DNA of 64,000 nt, taken from IMG/VR virus record IMGVR_UViG_3300042268_000564. The stretch is one strand, 5' to 3'. The stretch comes from a virus (lineage: Duplodnaviria; Caudoviricetes). The translations under genes were made by a program, and so were the position numbers. This document shows, in pieces, positions 21,540-31,549 of this stretch (its first letter is position 1; each line of letters starts with the position of its first letter). The notes beneath the pieces were generated by a model that worked only from the letters and a program-made list of their open reading frames with translations, was not told the origin of the DNA and made no database searches.

Positions 21540-22118
21540 ATGCAAGGATTACCATTGATAACAAGGCAGGCAGAGCCTGATGACAGACTTGGACAGGTAT
21601 TAACTGTTGCGTCTGGGAAAGGACAATTGATGCTGCAAGGGATTCTTTTGCGTCCTTTGCAGATTAAGAATTATATTCTCTCTAATACATCATTAGAAAG
21701 ATTTGAAATCCCAGAATCAATTGAACTTTTTAGCGGCGAAGAAACCATTCGCACCGCAGACGGAAAGGAAGAAAAACGCCAAAGACTACTCGGTGCAGGC
21801 GTGTTGACCAAAAAGAATAATGGTGCTGATGGATTTGTTATAGAGTTTAATATTGAGCTTCTTGATGATTCTATAATTGAAGAAGTAAAGAGCAGTGTGG
21901 GCAAGCTTGGCTTAACTGCATTTGAACGTCTTTATCCTATCATGCCAGTGTTCGAGATTAAGTCTGAAGACCTTTATTGTAGTATTTGTGATGAGCAACT
22001 GAATCAATGTTCCCATAATGTGGGTGAAGGATATTCAAGAGTCACTTGCCGTGCACAAGTGCGTCAGGGTGCAATAAAATCGTTGATATGGTCAGGTGTC
22101 AGAGAAGACTTTAATTAA
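21540..22118 (+). CDS. Hypothetical protein with CSIC...CxH Cys cluster (seen in some phage head-maturation proteins)
   Basis: CSICDEQLNQCSHNVGEGY...C; start moved to ATG after AAAGGAG. Confidence 0.45.
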   Translation: MQGLPLITRQAEPDDRLGQVLTVASGKGQLMLQGILLRPLQIKNYILSNTSLERFEIPESIELFSGEETIRTADGKEEKRQRLLGAGVLTKKNNGADGFVIEFNIELLDDSIIEEVKSSVGKLGLTAFERLYPIMPVFEIKSEDLYCSICDEQLNQCSHNVGEGYSRVTCRAQVRQGAIKSLIWSGVREDFN

Positions 22119-22137
22119 TTCTTTTTTTGCTTGGTAG

Positions 22138-22161
22138 AAAGCCCCTTAATTGGGGCTTTTT
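22138..22161 (+). terminator. Intrinsic terminator
   Basis: AAAGCCCC-ttaatt-GGGGCTTT TT. Confidence 0.8.
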
Positions 22162-22199
22162 CTTTTCTGTAGGTAATATAGATGTAAAGCGCACGAGGG

Positions 22200-23393
22200 G
22201 TGACAGCATTGATTATATATGGCACTGGTGATTTGCATATCGGACAAAGTATGAATTATGGGAAAACTGATGAAAATGGTTTCCCAGACAAATTAAGAGA
22301 GCAGCAAAAGTTATTAGCCGATTTTGTTACAGAGGCAATAAATAAAGCTGACATGGTTGTATTTGCTGGCGATTACTTCCCGAAGCATTTCAGGATAAAT
22401 CCAGATGCCATGAGAGTTCTTTCAGAGCAGATTCTTAGGCTTGTTGAGGCAAAAATTCCTGTAAAGATTTTAGAGGGCAATCATGATAAAGCCAGAATAG
22501 AAGCATTAGACAGCACTGTTCAAATGTTTTCTGTGTTTAAATTGGCGGGTGTAGAGGTTATCCGCAAGCCTTGTGTTCAGAGCTATGACGACATTGATGT
22601 TTTATTCGTGCCTCATCTAATACCTGCCGAGCTTGCTGTTTATCAAAAGTCTGACCAAGATGATGTTACTGCTGCGATGAAGAATATGTTGGATGATTTG
22701 TTAAGCCAGACAACAAAAAGGGCTATTTTGTTTGGACATTTTGGGATTGCCGAAGCAGGACGTGGAAGCGAAACGACTATGATAGCAGGGAACAATATTT
22801 GTGTTTCTGCTGATATATTTGACCGACCTGAATTGGCATATTGTTTCTTGGGACATATCCACAAGAGTTGGAAATGGCAAGGAAACTATACGAATGTTGT
22901 TTATTTTGGGTCGATGGATAGATTTGATTTTGCAGAAGCCAAAGACACAAAGGAATACGGAATTATTCAAATTGCTGATGAAAAAGTGAATTATGAGACT
23001 ATTGCAGTTAATGCAAGAACTTTCGTAGATGTTAAACATTATTTGGGGCATGATGCCACTATAGCTTTCCTTGAGGAATACGATTTTAAAGATGCCGTTG
23101 TTAAGGTGAATGTAGAGGTAGATAAAGACTACACTCAGGGTAAGAAAATTTCCGAGAAAATCAAGGATTACATTACAAAGGCTGGTGCCTACCATATACA
23201 CGGGATTAGTATTGTGTATAGACCATCTTTTGTGGCAAAGAATTCAAAAGTTGTGGAATCTGCGTCTGTTGAAGATAATTTGCAAAGAGTAATTCTTGAC
23301 GAGGGATTTGCTAATCCCGCTGACTTGTATCGTGCTCATATAGAGTTAAGCAGGGAAATTCGTGCAGAGGATGAAGCGGAGGCTGAGAAATGA
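22200..23393 (+). CDS. sbcD: SbcD/Mre11-like nuclease subunit
   Basis: GDLHIG, AGDYF, GNHD, GH, LGHIH, GS...FDFAE phosphoesterase motifs; upstream of SbcC. Confidence 0.9.
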   Translation: MTALIIYGTGDLHIGQSMNYGKTDENGFPDKLREQQKLLADFVTEAINKADMVVFAGDYFPKHFRINPDAMRVLSEQILRLVEAKIPVKILEGNHDKARIEALDSTVQMFSVFKLAGVEVIRKPCVQSYDDIDVLFVPHLIPAELAVYQKSDQDDVTAAMKNMLDDLLSQTTKRAILFGHFGIAEAGRGSETTMIAGNNICVSADIFDRPELAYCFLGHIHKSWKWQGNYTNVVYFGSMDRFDFAEAKDTKEYGIIQIADEKVNYETIAVNARTFVDVKHYLGHDATIAFLEEYDFKDAVVKVNVEVDKDYTQGKKISEKIKDYITKAGAYHIHGISIVYRPSFVAKNSKVVESASVEDNLQRVILDEGFANPADLYRAHIELSREIRAEDEAEAEK

Positions 23394-23647
23394 CCAATTG
23401 GCGAGAGATTATTGCAGAATTGAATCCAGATGCATTACTTATTGATAGCTTTGATGAAGCTATTGTTGGGCATGTAGAACAGAGCAGCAAGGTATTGGCA
23501 GCCTACAGCAAAGAGGTGGTGTTAGACATATTGCATCGACAAGGCATGACAGAGGAAGAAGCAATAGAACATTTTGATTTTAATATAATTGGTTCATACG
23601 TCGGCGAGAATACGCCTGTTTTTCTTACTGCGGTGGTGAGTGAATGA
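23390..23647 (+). CDS. Conserved small phage protein
   Basis: FDEAIVG...EEAIEHFDFNIIGSYVGENTPVF pattern familiar from phage hypotheticals. Confidence 0.6.
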   Translation: MTNWREIIAELNPDALLIDSFDEAIVGHVEQSSKVLAAYSKEVVLDILHRQGMTEEEAIEHFDFNIIGSYVGENTPVFLTAVVSE

Positions 23648-24099
23648 ATAGTAAAGAACAGGTTGTAAAATGTGAAATTAATACGCATAGACGAGATGTC
23701 GAGAAAGTAATGACATTAATGGCATCGCTTTTCTTGCGGCGTGGCAAGTTGCATGATGTGTCTAAATTAGAGGAGCCAGAGCTTTCCGCAATTACTTTGA
23801 TTAAAGATATGAAATATGGCACTGATGAGTATTTAAAACATTGTCAGTCTGATGGCATTAAAGCTCACTACAAGAATAATCGCCATCACCCAGAACATTT
23901 TGAGAATGGCGTAGACGATATGACATTGATTGATGTGATGGAATATTTTGCCGATTGTGCAGTAGCTGCGAAGAGACGTAGTGGCTGTTACATTGATTTT
24001 GAAAATTTGCGAGAGCGACATAAGCTGTGTCCTCAGCTTGTAAAAATATTAAACAATACGTTGCAGGCAGTTATTATAGAGTTGGACAAGATTCATTAA
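23644..24099 (+). CDS. HD-like hydrolase (DUF5662-like)
   Basis: H...HDVSK...HYKNNRHHPEHF...MTLIDVMEYFAD. Confidence 0.65.
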   Translation: MNSKEQVVKCEINTHRRDVEKVMTLMASLFLRRGKLHDVSKLEEPELSAITLIKDMKYGTDEYLKHCQSDGIKAHYKNNRHHPEHFENGVDDMTLIDVMEYFADCAVAAKRRSGCYIDFENLRERHKLCPQLVKILNNTLQAVIIELDKIH

Positions 24100-24111
24100 A
24101 GAGAGTAGATA

Positions 24112-26709
24112 ATGATTCCAAAGGGTTTACAATTAATCAATTTTCGTTCACATAAGAATACAGTAATAGACCTTTCCAATATCACTGTAGCTGCGATACT
24201 TGGCGATAATGGGATAGGTAAATCATCTATTGTCTTGGCTATTTTGTATGTATTGTGGGGAAAAATCCCGAAATATACATTGCTTGAATTGGTCAACGAT
24301 GGTGGCGCAAAAGACATGTCAGTTATTTATGATTTTGAGCACGAGGACGGATGCGATTATCGTATAGAGCGCAGTGTAAAGGTTTCGGGGAAAACAAAAA
24401 AGACAGCCATAAGCACGTTAACTCTTTCCAAAAAATCTGATTCTGGAAAATGGGTTGATATTTCAGGGAATAGTATTAATGCAACCACAGCTACAATACA
24501 AAAGATGCTGGGGGGTCTTACAGTTGATGCTGCAATGTATTCTAATCTTGCGATGCAGGATGAATTTTCGAGATTTATGGATGCAGAGCCAAGTGAACGT
24601 AGAGAAATATTTGAAACAATTTCTAATGTGGGAATTTATGACAGGCTTGGAAAGAAAGCTAAAAGACGAGCAGATGATGCGCAGGCTGTAATTAAGGCTG
24701 TAAATCTTGATGATGACTTGGTAGTCTCAGGTTGGTCAACCCGTCTTAAAGAAATCGATGTTGAATTGCGGCAGCTTGAGCAAGATAGGCAAGAGAAGGA
24801 AAAAGATTTGTCTGCTTTTATGAGTGCGAAAGCTCAACTTACGTCCAGTGAGGCTTTTGATGTAAAAGGGGATAAAGAACGACTTGCCAGTTTGATGCAA
24901 CAGCTTGAAACATGGCAGGCAAAGGAAATTGAAACAAAAGAAAATTTGCAGGAATATTCAACCCTGATAAGTTCAAAAGACAAGATAACAGCCGACTATA
25001 ACCGTTTTACGGCTTTACGGATGGAAAATGATAAGTATTCCGAGCTGGAAAGGGAATACTCACAAATAGAGCGTGATTTGGCAGCAGAAAAGAGTAATCT
25101 TGTTCATATTAATCAGTTGCAGGAAAAAATCATTGCCGAGAAAGTGCGGCTTCAGCAGAAATCAGATAAGATTAAGGCAGACCTGAGAAAACAGTACGCA
25201 ATAGAGAGTGATGCCCCTATTCAGGCAAGCTTGAAGGAAAAGATTGCAGATTTGACCGAGGGGTTGACAGAACTTGCCCAAAAGAAAGATAGTCTTGTTG
25301 CAGAACAGGATACGCTTGAGCAGAAATTAACATCTTGCAGGGTAGCCATATCTGACTCGCAGGCTTCTTTGAACCAGATTGCTGAAACAATCACGAGATT
25401 AAAAGGTTCCGACGGGGAGTGTCCCTTCTTGCGCAAGAAATGTTCTAAAATTAGTGGGGACAGTTTAGCTTCTGAGATTCTATCGTTGGAAAAGAGAGGA
25501 AACCTTCTTAAAGCCCAGCAGGTTGTAATAGAGACAACAAGAACAGAAATAACTGAACTTATAGATTCAACAAAAAAAGAAGCCTATAAAGTAGAGCAAG
25601 AGGCTAAGGGAATAGAGAAGACCATTGTTGGAATTAATGCTGATTTAAAAAATGCAGCGGCTCAACTGTCAGAGATTAAGCAGCTTACAAAGCGACTTGA
25701 CGATGATTTTGACGGGAATTTTAAAGCCATGCAGGAGATAGAAATCTCTGTAGGGAACATTGAAAAGTTGCAGCAGGCTTGTTCGTATGACAGGCAGAAG
25801 CATGATACATGCAGAACATCTTTAAAGGAATTGCAGGCAACAGAAATCTCTACGCTATATCAAGCTCTATTAACAGCAGGCAAACTTTATGTTACAACAA
25901 AAGAACAGCTTGCCGATATTCAGGACAATTTAAAAAGAGCAGGACAAGAATCAACACGACTAACTCAAGTTATTGCAGACAAGCAGAAAAGGCTTGATGC
26001 GGCGGAACCAGAATTGAAGCGGATTGAGGATGCAATTGAAAAGGCTAACAATGAATTGGCAGTATTTGCAGAAAATAAGACGGCTCTTGTTGTGGAACAA
26101 ACGAATTGCAAAGCTAGGATTGAACAGCACGAGAGAACAAAAGAAACAATAAGTGCGCAGCAGAAAACATATGATACGCATATTAATCTGACAAAAGCCT
26201 ATCAAATGGCAAAGGCGTTTATCGTAGAGAATAGTATCCCTCGTTATCAAGAGAATTGTAACCGTATGTTGGAATATTTGGGCTTGAATATCCGTGTGAG
26301 GATAGAAACATTGGAAGAAGCTAAAGATAGTAAGCCTGACAAGCCTAAGTTTAATAAGGTGTTTAAGATTATTGTAATCAATTCTCAGGGGATTGAGCGC
26401 AGCTATCACACATGGAGCGGCGGTGAAAAGCATCGTGTGAATTTGGCGTTAAGACATGCCCTTTCAATGACATTGCTGAACAGAAGTGGTGTTAAAATGG
26501 GATTGGTAGTTATTGACGAAGGTGATACAAGGCTTGATTCGGCAGGCAAAGAAGCTTTGTTAAAAGTAATTGATGCAACCAGTAATGGTGAATTTGGGTT
26601 TCCTGCAAAAGTTTTGTTTATTACTCACGCAGAGGATTTGAAGGATAGATTGCCCACAAGGATAATATTGTCAGCGGGTAAAAATGGGACGAAAGTTACG
26701 ATAAATTAA
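24112..26709 (+). CDS. sbcC: SbcC/Rad50-like SMC ATPase
   Basis: Walker A GDNGIGKS, Q-loop, long coiled coil with central CPFLRKKC, signature SGGE, Walker B IDEG, ITH. Confidence 0.92.
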   Translation: MIPKGLQLINFRSHKNTVIDLSNITVAAILGDNGIGKSSIVLAILYVLWGKIPKYTLLELVNDGGAKDMSVIYDFEHEDGCDYRIERSVKVSGKTKKTAISTLTLSKKSDSGKWVDISGNSINATTATIQKMLGGLTVDAAMYSNLAMQDEFSRFMDAEPSERREIFETISNVGIYDRLGKKAKRRADDAQAVIKAVNLDDDLVVSGWSTRLKEIDVELRQLEQDRQEKEKDLSAFMSAKAQLTSSEAFDVKGDKERLASLMQQLETWQAKEIETKENLQEYSTLISSKDKITADYNRFTALRMENDKYSELEREYSQIERDLAAEKSNLVHINQLQEKIIAEKVRLQQKSDKIKADLRKQYAIESDAPIQASLKEKIADLTEGLTELAQKKDSLVAEQDTLEQKLTSCRVAISDSQASLNQIAETITRLKGSDGECPFLRKKCSKISGDSLASEILSLEKRGNLLKAQQVVIETTRTEITELIDSTKKEAYKVEQEAKGIEKTIVGINADLKNAAAQLSEIKQLTKRLDDDFDGNFKAMQEIEISVGNIEKLQQACSYDRQKHDTCRTSLKELQATEISTLYQALLTAGKLYVTTKEQLADIQDNLKRAGQESTRLTQVIADKQKRLDAAEPELKRIEDAIEKANNELAVFAENKTALVVEQTNCKARIEQHERTKETISAQQKTYDTHINLTKAYQMAKAFIVENSIPRYQENCNRMLEYLGLNIRVRIETLEEAKDSKPDKPKFNKVFKIIVINSQGIERSYHTWSGGEKHRVNLALRHALSMTLLNRSGVKMGLVVIDEGDTRLDSAGKEALLKVIDATSNGEFGFPAKVLFITHAEDLKDRLPTRIILSAGKNGTKVTIN

Positions 26710-26954
26710 AGCATTTCAATTGCTTGCATTTCAGACTCGGCTATTTCTGTCTCGTGTTGTTCGTAGACATTGTCCAATGCGTCAAATATTGCTTGGCGTA
26801 TTGGTGTGATGGAATTTTTAATATCTCGCAACTCTCTCATAAAATCCTTGTAAGCTTTTTTACTGCCTCTGGCATTAGTGAGATGTTTGCGATAGTTTTC
26901 TTCACAGCTTTGGAATAGACAAAATAGTCGTTCCATTTCATCGATTTTGGGCAC
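26706..26954 (-). CDS. Small helical protein
   Basis: GTG start at 26954 after AGGAG; convergent with sbcC; weak likeness to small Hc1-like helical proteins. Confidence 0.5.
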   Translation of the reverse strand: MPKIDEMERLFCLFQSCEENYRKHLTNARGSKKAYKDFMRELRDIKNSITPIRQAIFDALDNVYEQHETEIAESEMQAIEML

Positions 26955-27010
26955 TCTGAGTTCTCCTAAAGTATTGAGTATGTTTTTATTATAGCATTGG
27001 AGGTGCAATC

Positions 27011-27379
27011 ATGGAAATTAGTTGGCAAACAATCAAATTGGTATTACTTGCCATAGTTGGTGGCGTGCTATGGTTTCTTGGATGGTTATTTGGTAAAAAA
27101 AATTCACCTGTAAAAGTGCCCGACACTAAGGAAAAAGAAAAGGAGGCTGCACGTAAAGAGGGTAGGGTCGAGGTCAAAGAGGAAGCAGTCGAAAATAAAC
27201 TTGATGAAGCTGAAAAAAATTCTGAAAAAGCAGAAGAACATTTAAAGGAAGCAGATAAAATAAGAGAAGAAATCGAAAAAAGTAAAGAAGAAGAAAAAGA
27301 GCTTCTTGAAAATCGGGAAACGTATGACGATGCTACGCCCGATGAAATCGATGACGAGTTTAAAAAGCGAGGTTATTAA
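27011..27379 (+). CDS. Membrane-anchored coiled-coil protein (i-spanin-like topology)
   Basis: N-terminal TM followed by charged coiled coil; GGAGG RBS. Confidence 0.5.
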   Translation: MEISWQTIKLVLLAIVGGVLWFLGWLFGKKNSPVKVPDTKEKEKEAARKEGRVEVKEEAVENKLDEAEKNSEKAEEHLKEADKIREEIEKSKEEEKELLENRETYDDATPDEIDDEFKKRGY

Positions 27380-27381
27380 CG

Positions 27382-27897
27382 TTGTTTAAGAGAATAGTCT
27401 GTGGTGTTTTGATTTTCTCTCTCATTTCTCAATCTGTTGTTTTTGCTGGCGGAATTATTCGTAAAGGACAAACATTCACGGCGCATGAAGACGTGCGTTG
27501 GTTTTCCATGACAGAAGCAAGGCAATTACTTAATGAATTAAGTAAGAAAGATGCTCTCGAAGCACAAGTTACTTTATTGAAAAATAGAGAGCAGAGATAT
27601 GAGGGTGAAATTTATGTCCTGCGTCAAGCTGAGGCTGCAAGGAAAGACGCTGTAGAGGCGTGTCAGCAAGCGATAGGCATCATGAAAGAAGCGATGGCTG
27701 AATTGAAAGATGTTAATAAGATGTATAAGGATATTGTGTTAGTTCAGCAAGAAGCTTTAGGGAAACAGGCTGTTCAGGTTCAACAAGCGCAGAGAAGTCG
27801 CCGCAGAGGCAATGTTGTGTCGTTTATTTTGGGATTAGCGGCACCTATTGGTGGCGCATTTGCGCTTGGTCGTATCGGGCAATTTTTGAAATTCTAA
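27382..27897 (+). CDS. Secreted coiled-coil protein with C-terminal TM (lysis accessory candidate)
   Basis: Signal-peptide-like N-terminus (no clear lipobox), coiled coil, hydrophobic C-terminus. Confidence 0.45.
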   Translation: MFKRIVCGVLIFSLISQSVVFAGGIIRKGQTFTAHEDVRWFSMTEARQLLNELSKKDALEAQVTLLKNREQRYEGEIYVLRQAEAARKDAVEACQQAIGIMKEAMAELKDVNKMYKDIVLVQQEALGKQAVQVQQAQRSRRRGNVVSFILGLAAPIGGAFALGRIGQFLKF

Positions 27898-27990
27898 AAA
27901 AACCCGTAAATGTTGGCACTTTTTAAGATTGGTAATTTTGCAAAGTAATAAGTGTAACATTTTTTCTTAGTTAATAATGGAGGGCATATT

Positions 27991-29274
27991 ATGGGACAAG
28001 GCGGACGTGGTGGCGGAATCACAGTTACCAGAACATCAGATGGACAAATACAGTTAAGTGGTAGAGTCGGCAAGAAAATGCGTGAAAAACTTGGTGATGC
28101 TACTGCCGACAAACTTAATAAATTGGCGAGAGAAGGCAAGAAATTGAATGTTGGTGCGGTAAAAGCTGCACTTACAATTAAGGGCGCAAAAGGCACACCA
28201 AAAGTTCTCGCTGACACAATCGCAAATTTCAGTCAAAAAGGTGGCGCACCTGTTGGCACTAAGTTAAGAGTTGGGCTTAATAGCAAGGGTGAAGTTGGAA
28301 CCACAATGAGAGATTCCAGTGGCAAGCTTAAATTTAAAGCTACTGTTGATGAGCTTCGCAAAGTGACTAAACTCAAAAATTTGGTTCCAAAAGCTAATAA
28401 GGGCGAGAACGCAGGTGTCTCAGTTGCGAATCCTTTGAAAAGCAAGGCTAATCCTATTACCGTAGGACAAGCTCAGGCATCTGCTGCGGCAGGCGGGAAG
28501 TTTGGTGATAACGTTCCTAAGATTGGAGACATTAAAGGTAATAAAGCACCTAACGAAACTGCCATGAATTTGGTGAAATCACTCCAGAGTACAGCACAGC
28601 GAGAGATATCAAAACAAATAGCTGATGTTGCTGCAAAGCTCGGTCGTGACGCAAACCTTTCAAAAGAAGCTCATGCTGAAGCCATGGGCAAGGCTGAGAA
28701 GCTTTCTCTTGCTTCTAAGGAAGTTAAAGCCCGTCTTACTGGCAAAGAAGCTACTCTTGCTGATAAACACGCAGTAAGAGACCAAGTTCGTGCTGAGGCT
28801 ATTGCCGCTCTTAGTGCCAATAAAGATGTAGGACTCGCCAAGCAGATTCTTTCTCTTAAGAAAGAGTATGAGACTAAAGGTGTAATGGTTCTTATGACCA
28901 AAACTGGCACTGCTGCGACCGAGGGTAAGCGTGTTGGGCCTGATGCTGACACGCAATACAAAAGCACTACTGGTGCAGGTGCGAAACTTCCACCTAACAC
29001 CCACTATGGTTATTTCCAGACTGCAAATGTTGGAAAGACTGGCGATGCTGCTGGCAAACTGAATATTAGCATTACTGATGAAACTCGTAGATTGACTGGT
29101 GAAAAATCAGCGGCTGCTGCAACTGACAATCGTTTCACTACCACTCGTGCCGAAAATATTGACAGGATGTTTGTTAAAAATGGTAATCAGTGGAGCGAAG
29201 TTACTGACAAGGGACTTAAGCCAGTAAAAGATGTGTGGAAAGAAATTGGCGCAGAAGCTCCAAAAGCTGAATAA
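27991..29274 (+). CDS. Basic K/A/G-rich protein, member 1 of shared-N-terminus family
   Basis: N-terminus aligns with 31550, 36551, 40860, 61849; VANPLKSKANP motif. Confidence 0.7.
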   Translation: MGQGGRGGGITVTRTSDGQIQLSGRVGKKMREKLGDATADKLNKLAREGKKLNVGAVKAALTIKGAKGTPKVLADTIANFSQKGGAPVGTKLRVGLNSKGEVGTTMRDSSGKLKFKATVDELRKVTKLKNLVPKANKGENAGVSVANPLKSKANPITVGQAQASAAAGGKFGDNVPKIGDIKGNKAPNETAMNLVKSLQSTAQREISKQIADVAAKLGRDANLSKEAHAEAMGKAEKLSLASKEVKARLTGKEATLADKHAVRDQVRAEAIAALSANKDVGLAKQILSLKKEYETKGVMVLMTKTGTAATEGKRVGPDADTQYKSTTGAGAKLPPNTHYGYFQTANVGKTGDAAGKLNISITDETRRLTGEKSAAAATDNRFTTTRAENIDRMFVKNGNQWSEVTDKGLKPVKDVWKEIGAEAPKAE

Positions 29275-29291
29275 GTAATAAGGTTCACAAT

Positions 29292-29320
29292 AAAAGAGGC
29301 AGAAAATTCTGCCTCTTTTT
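29292..29320 (+). terminator. Intrinsic terminator
   Basis: AAAAGAGGCAGA-aaat-TCTGCCTCTTTT. Confidence 0.8.
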
Positions 29321-29325
29321 CCTTT

Positions 29326-29353
29326 TTGACAATGTTACAATTTGCTATATAAT
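29326..29353 (+). promoter_or_regulatory. sigma70-type promoter TTGACA-N16-TATAAT
   Basis: Perfect hexamers; ATG at 29360 lies at the expected start site. Confidence 0.8.
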
Positions 29354-29359
29354 AGCAAT

Positions 29360-29554
29360 ATGGACGATAAAGAAAAGATTGAGCTAGACGCATTAAACAT
29401 TAAAATCAAAGTAATGCGAGAGACGCAAATTTTGATACTAGTGTATCTATTTTTGATGGTTGTATGGTTTGCTTTGCAGGTGATGCAAGTATTGATTCCA
29501 GCCAAGCCAGAAATTAAAGCAGAAAAACCTCCTGAAGTAGTTGAGCTGAAGTAA
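29360..29554 (+). CDS. Small membrane protein (probably leaderless)
   Basis: One TM segment; no RBS, ATG 7 nt after -10. Confidence 0.55.
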   Translation: MDDKEKIELDALNIKIKVMRETQILILVYLFLMVVWFALQVMQVLIPAKPEIKAEKPPEVVELK

Positions 29555-29763
29555 TGGACTTTGATATAGAGCTTGCGCAACAAAATAAACAGGTTGCTCC
29601 ACCAGAGGTGCCACCAGAAGAACAAAATCCTGAACTTAAAGAACGACTAAAGCAACATGACAGGCTGCTTTATTGGTCAGTTATCTGCATGAAAATAGCC
29701 ACCTTTTCGTTATTCATTTCCATAATAAAAAGCACAGTAGAAGTGTTTTCTAAACTTTTTTAA
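29554..29763 (+). CDS. Small membrane protein
   Basis: C-terminal hydrophobic segment; TAATG coupling. Confidence 0.55.
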   Translation: MDFDIELAQQNKQVAPPEVPPEEQNPELKERLKQHDRLLYWSVICMKIATFSLFISIIKSTVEVFSKLF

Positions 29764-29781
29764 TTTTTTTTGCTTCACTGC

Positions 29782-29844
29782 TTGACACTTTTTTGCTTTT
29801 CATTATAATAAAAGTATAAAGATGAAAAACAAAGGAGCCGAGCA
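29782..29844 (+). promoter_or_regulatory. Promoter + RBS cassette (TTGACA-N16-TATAAT...AAAGGAGCCGAG), copy 1
   Basis: Near-identical to 55177-55236 and 56485-56540. Confidence 0.85.
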
Positions 29845-30153
29845 ATGAAAGTAACAATTTTCCATAAAGAACATGAATGGGGGTATGAATATTCACCCGT
29901 GGTTAACATGGACAAATGTGAAAAGGTTGCTGATGTAGAAGTGGCAACTGATAATGAAATGGAAGCTCTCGAAACAGCTTACTATCTCACCAATAACATT
30001 GATGAGTCATGGACTAACATGTCTAGACGCAGCAACATTGTGAGCACTCACCTTGAGAATGCACGTTCAACATCAGTTGGTGATGTGGCTGTTGTTAATG
30101 GTAAAACCTTCGTGGTTGCACCATGTGGCTTTGAAAAAGCTGTGATGGCATAA
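29845..30153 (+). CDS. Hypothetical protein, YodL-like motif
   Basis: RSTSVGDV...V..CGF pattern. Confidence 0.5.
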   Translation: MKVTIFHKEHEWGYEYSPVVNMDKCEKVADVEVATDNEMEALETAYYLTNNIDESWTNMSRRSNIVSTHLENARSTSVGDVAVVNGKTFVVAPCGFEKAVMA

Positions 30154-30163
30154 GGAGGCTAGT

Positions 30164-30760
30164 ATGTTAGTAGAACTTAAAGAGAAAAATGTTCTGGTTC
30201 GCAAATTGCCTTTAAAGATTCAAAATGTAATTAAGTGGTTGTTTAACGACCCGCCAAAGACTGCAAGAGTTTCATATGCTGCCAAAAAACGTGTTGGTGG
30301 CTCATGGCACGACTATAACGTTCCTACGGCTACGTTGCTTAAAATGTCGGGTGCTGTTGTGTGGGAAAGACATGGCTGCACTTATGAGAGCATGATAAAC
30401 GCAGACCCTGAAACTCGTGAGTTCATGGATGGCATGGAGAAAGAGATTCAGAGGGATGAGGCTCTGATTCTTACGCAGTCATATCCAAAAATTGTTGAAG
30501 TTATATACAATCCGATTGCCTCAACAAAAGAATACGTAAATATTTCGCCAGAAGCTGCAAAATTACTTTACGACATAAAAGGTGCGGGAACTAGCAAAGT
30601 CTATCGTGAACGTGTAATTGCAGGTGCGGCTGAAAGTGCATTTGACGAGCTTGAAGACAAAGGCTTTGTTTCTACAAGACGGACTCTGACACCGAAAGGT
30701 AAAGAATTGGCAAGAAACATTAATATTGCCGAAGTGGAATTTCATTTAAAAAACAAATAA
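30164..30760 (+). CDS. Hypothetical protein with C-terminal winged-helix-like segment
   Basis: ELEDKGFV....LTPKG. Confidence 0.55.
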   Translation: MLVELKEKNVLVRKLPLKIQNVIKWLFNDPPKTARVSYAAKKRVGGSWHDYNVPTATLLKMSGAVVWERHGCTYESMINADPETREFMDGMEKEIQRDEALILTQSYPKIVEVIYNPIASTKEYVNISPEAAKLLYDIKGAGTSKVYRERVIAGAAESAFDELEDKGFVSTRRTLTPKGKELARNINIAEVEFHLKNK

Positions 30761-30782
30761 TTTATAGTTCATACACTATTAT

Positions 30783-30813
30783 AAAAAGTGCCTGCAAATA
30801 CGGGCACTTTTTT
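30783..30813 (+). terminator. Intrinsic terminator
   Basis: AAAAAGTGCC...GGCACTTTTT. Confidence 0.75.
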
Positions 30814-30848
30814 ATTTTTCTAAAAAATAAAATAAAAAGTAAGAGGGA

Positions 30849-31085
30849 GTGCAAATGTCAGATGTAAACTTTGTAAGGATGAAGATGTGTGGCGGTTTGT
30901 TGGCGGAAGGCTTGCGACCAGCATGGGTGCAAGTAGAAAAACTTAACACTGGTGGATATATGGTGAAAGCGTTAGTTGTTAATGTTGCTACACCTGACAT
31001 TGAGGATGCACAGGTAATCCCTTTTGATTATAGAGTTGATGCAATTGAAAGCGGGGGCAAGCTGAATGACGATTTTAATGGCTGA
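30849..31085 (+). CDS. Hypothetical protein
   Basis: GAGGGAG RBS. Confidence 0.55.
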   Translation: MQMSDVNFVRMKMCGGLLAEGLRPAWVQVEKLNTGGYMVKALVVNVATPDIEDAQVIPFDYRVDAIESGGKLNDDFNG

Positions 31086-31527
31086 GAAATTCTCTTTTAA
31101 CTCGAAAGACAAAAAGAAGCAAAAACTGGAACGTCCTAAAAAAGGACGTCCACGCAATAAATTTGTAAGCTATAAAACTTATTGGTGCCTTCCTTATGGC
31201 TTGTTTTGTGACGCAGCTCGTCGTTGTGGCAAATGTGCTGAGGAATCGCCTGAGCATTCAATGCCTTATCCTTTTACTGATTTTGATTGTCAGAGATATG
31301 TAAAAATCTCATCGTCTTTTTTGACAAAGTTTCCGATAGAAAAGCTTACTAAGATTTTGCAGGACGCTTTTTTAAGTTTAATGTCTAAGTTGGGTGCTGG
31401 AACCAATGTAAATATGTTAGTTGAAGATATTCAAGAGAGTGATAACGGCAAGTTTTATGTAAAGTTTTGTGTGAAGTATAATTTTCAAGAGAACTTGCGT
31501 GAGAGGCATATTGAAGTTGTTGTTTAA
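31066..31527 (+). CDS. Hypothetical Cys-containing protein
   Basis: ORF in operon. Confidence 0.55.
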   Translation: MTILMAEKFSFNSKDKKKQKLERPKKGRPRNKFVSYKTYWCLPYGLFCDAARRCGKCAEESPEHSMPYPFTDFDCQRYVKISSSFLTKFPIEKLTKILQDAFLSLMSKLGAGTNVNMLVEDIQESDNGKFYVKFCVKYNFQENLRERHIEVVV

Positions 31528-31549
31528 GAAAAAGTAAAGGTGGTCTGTT

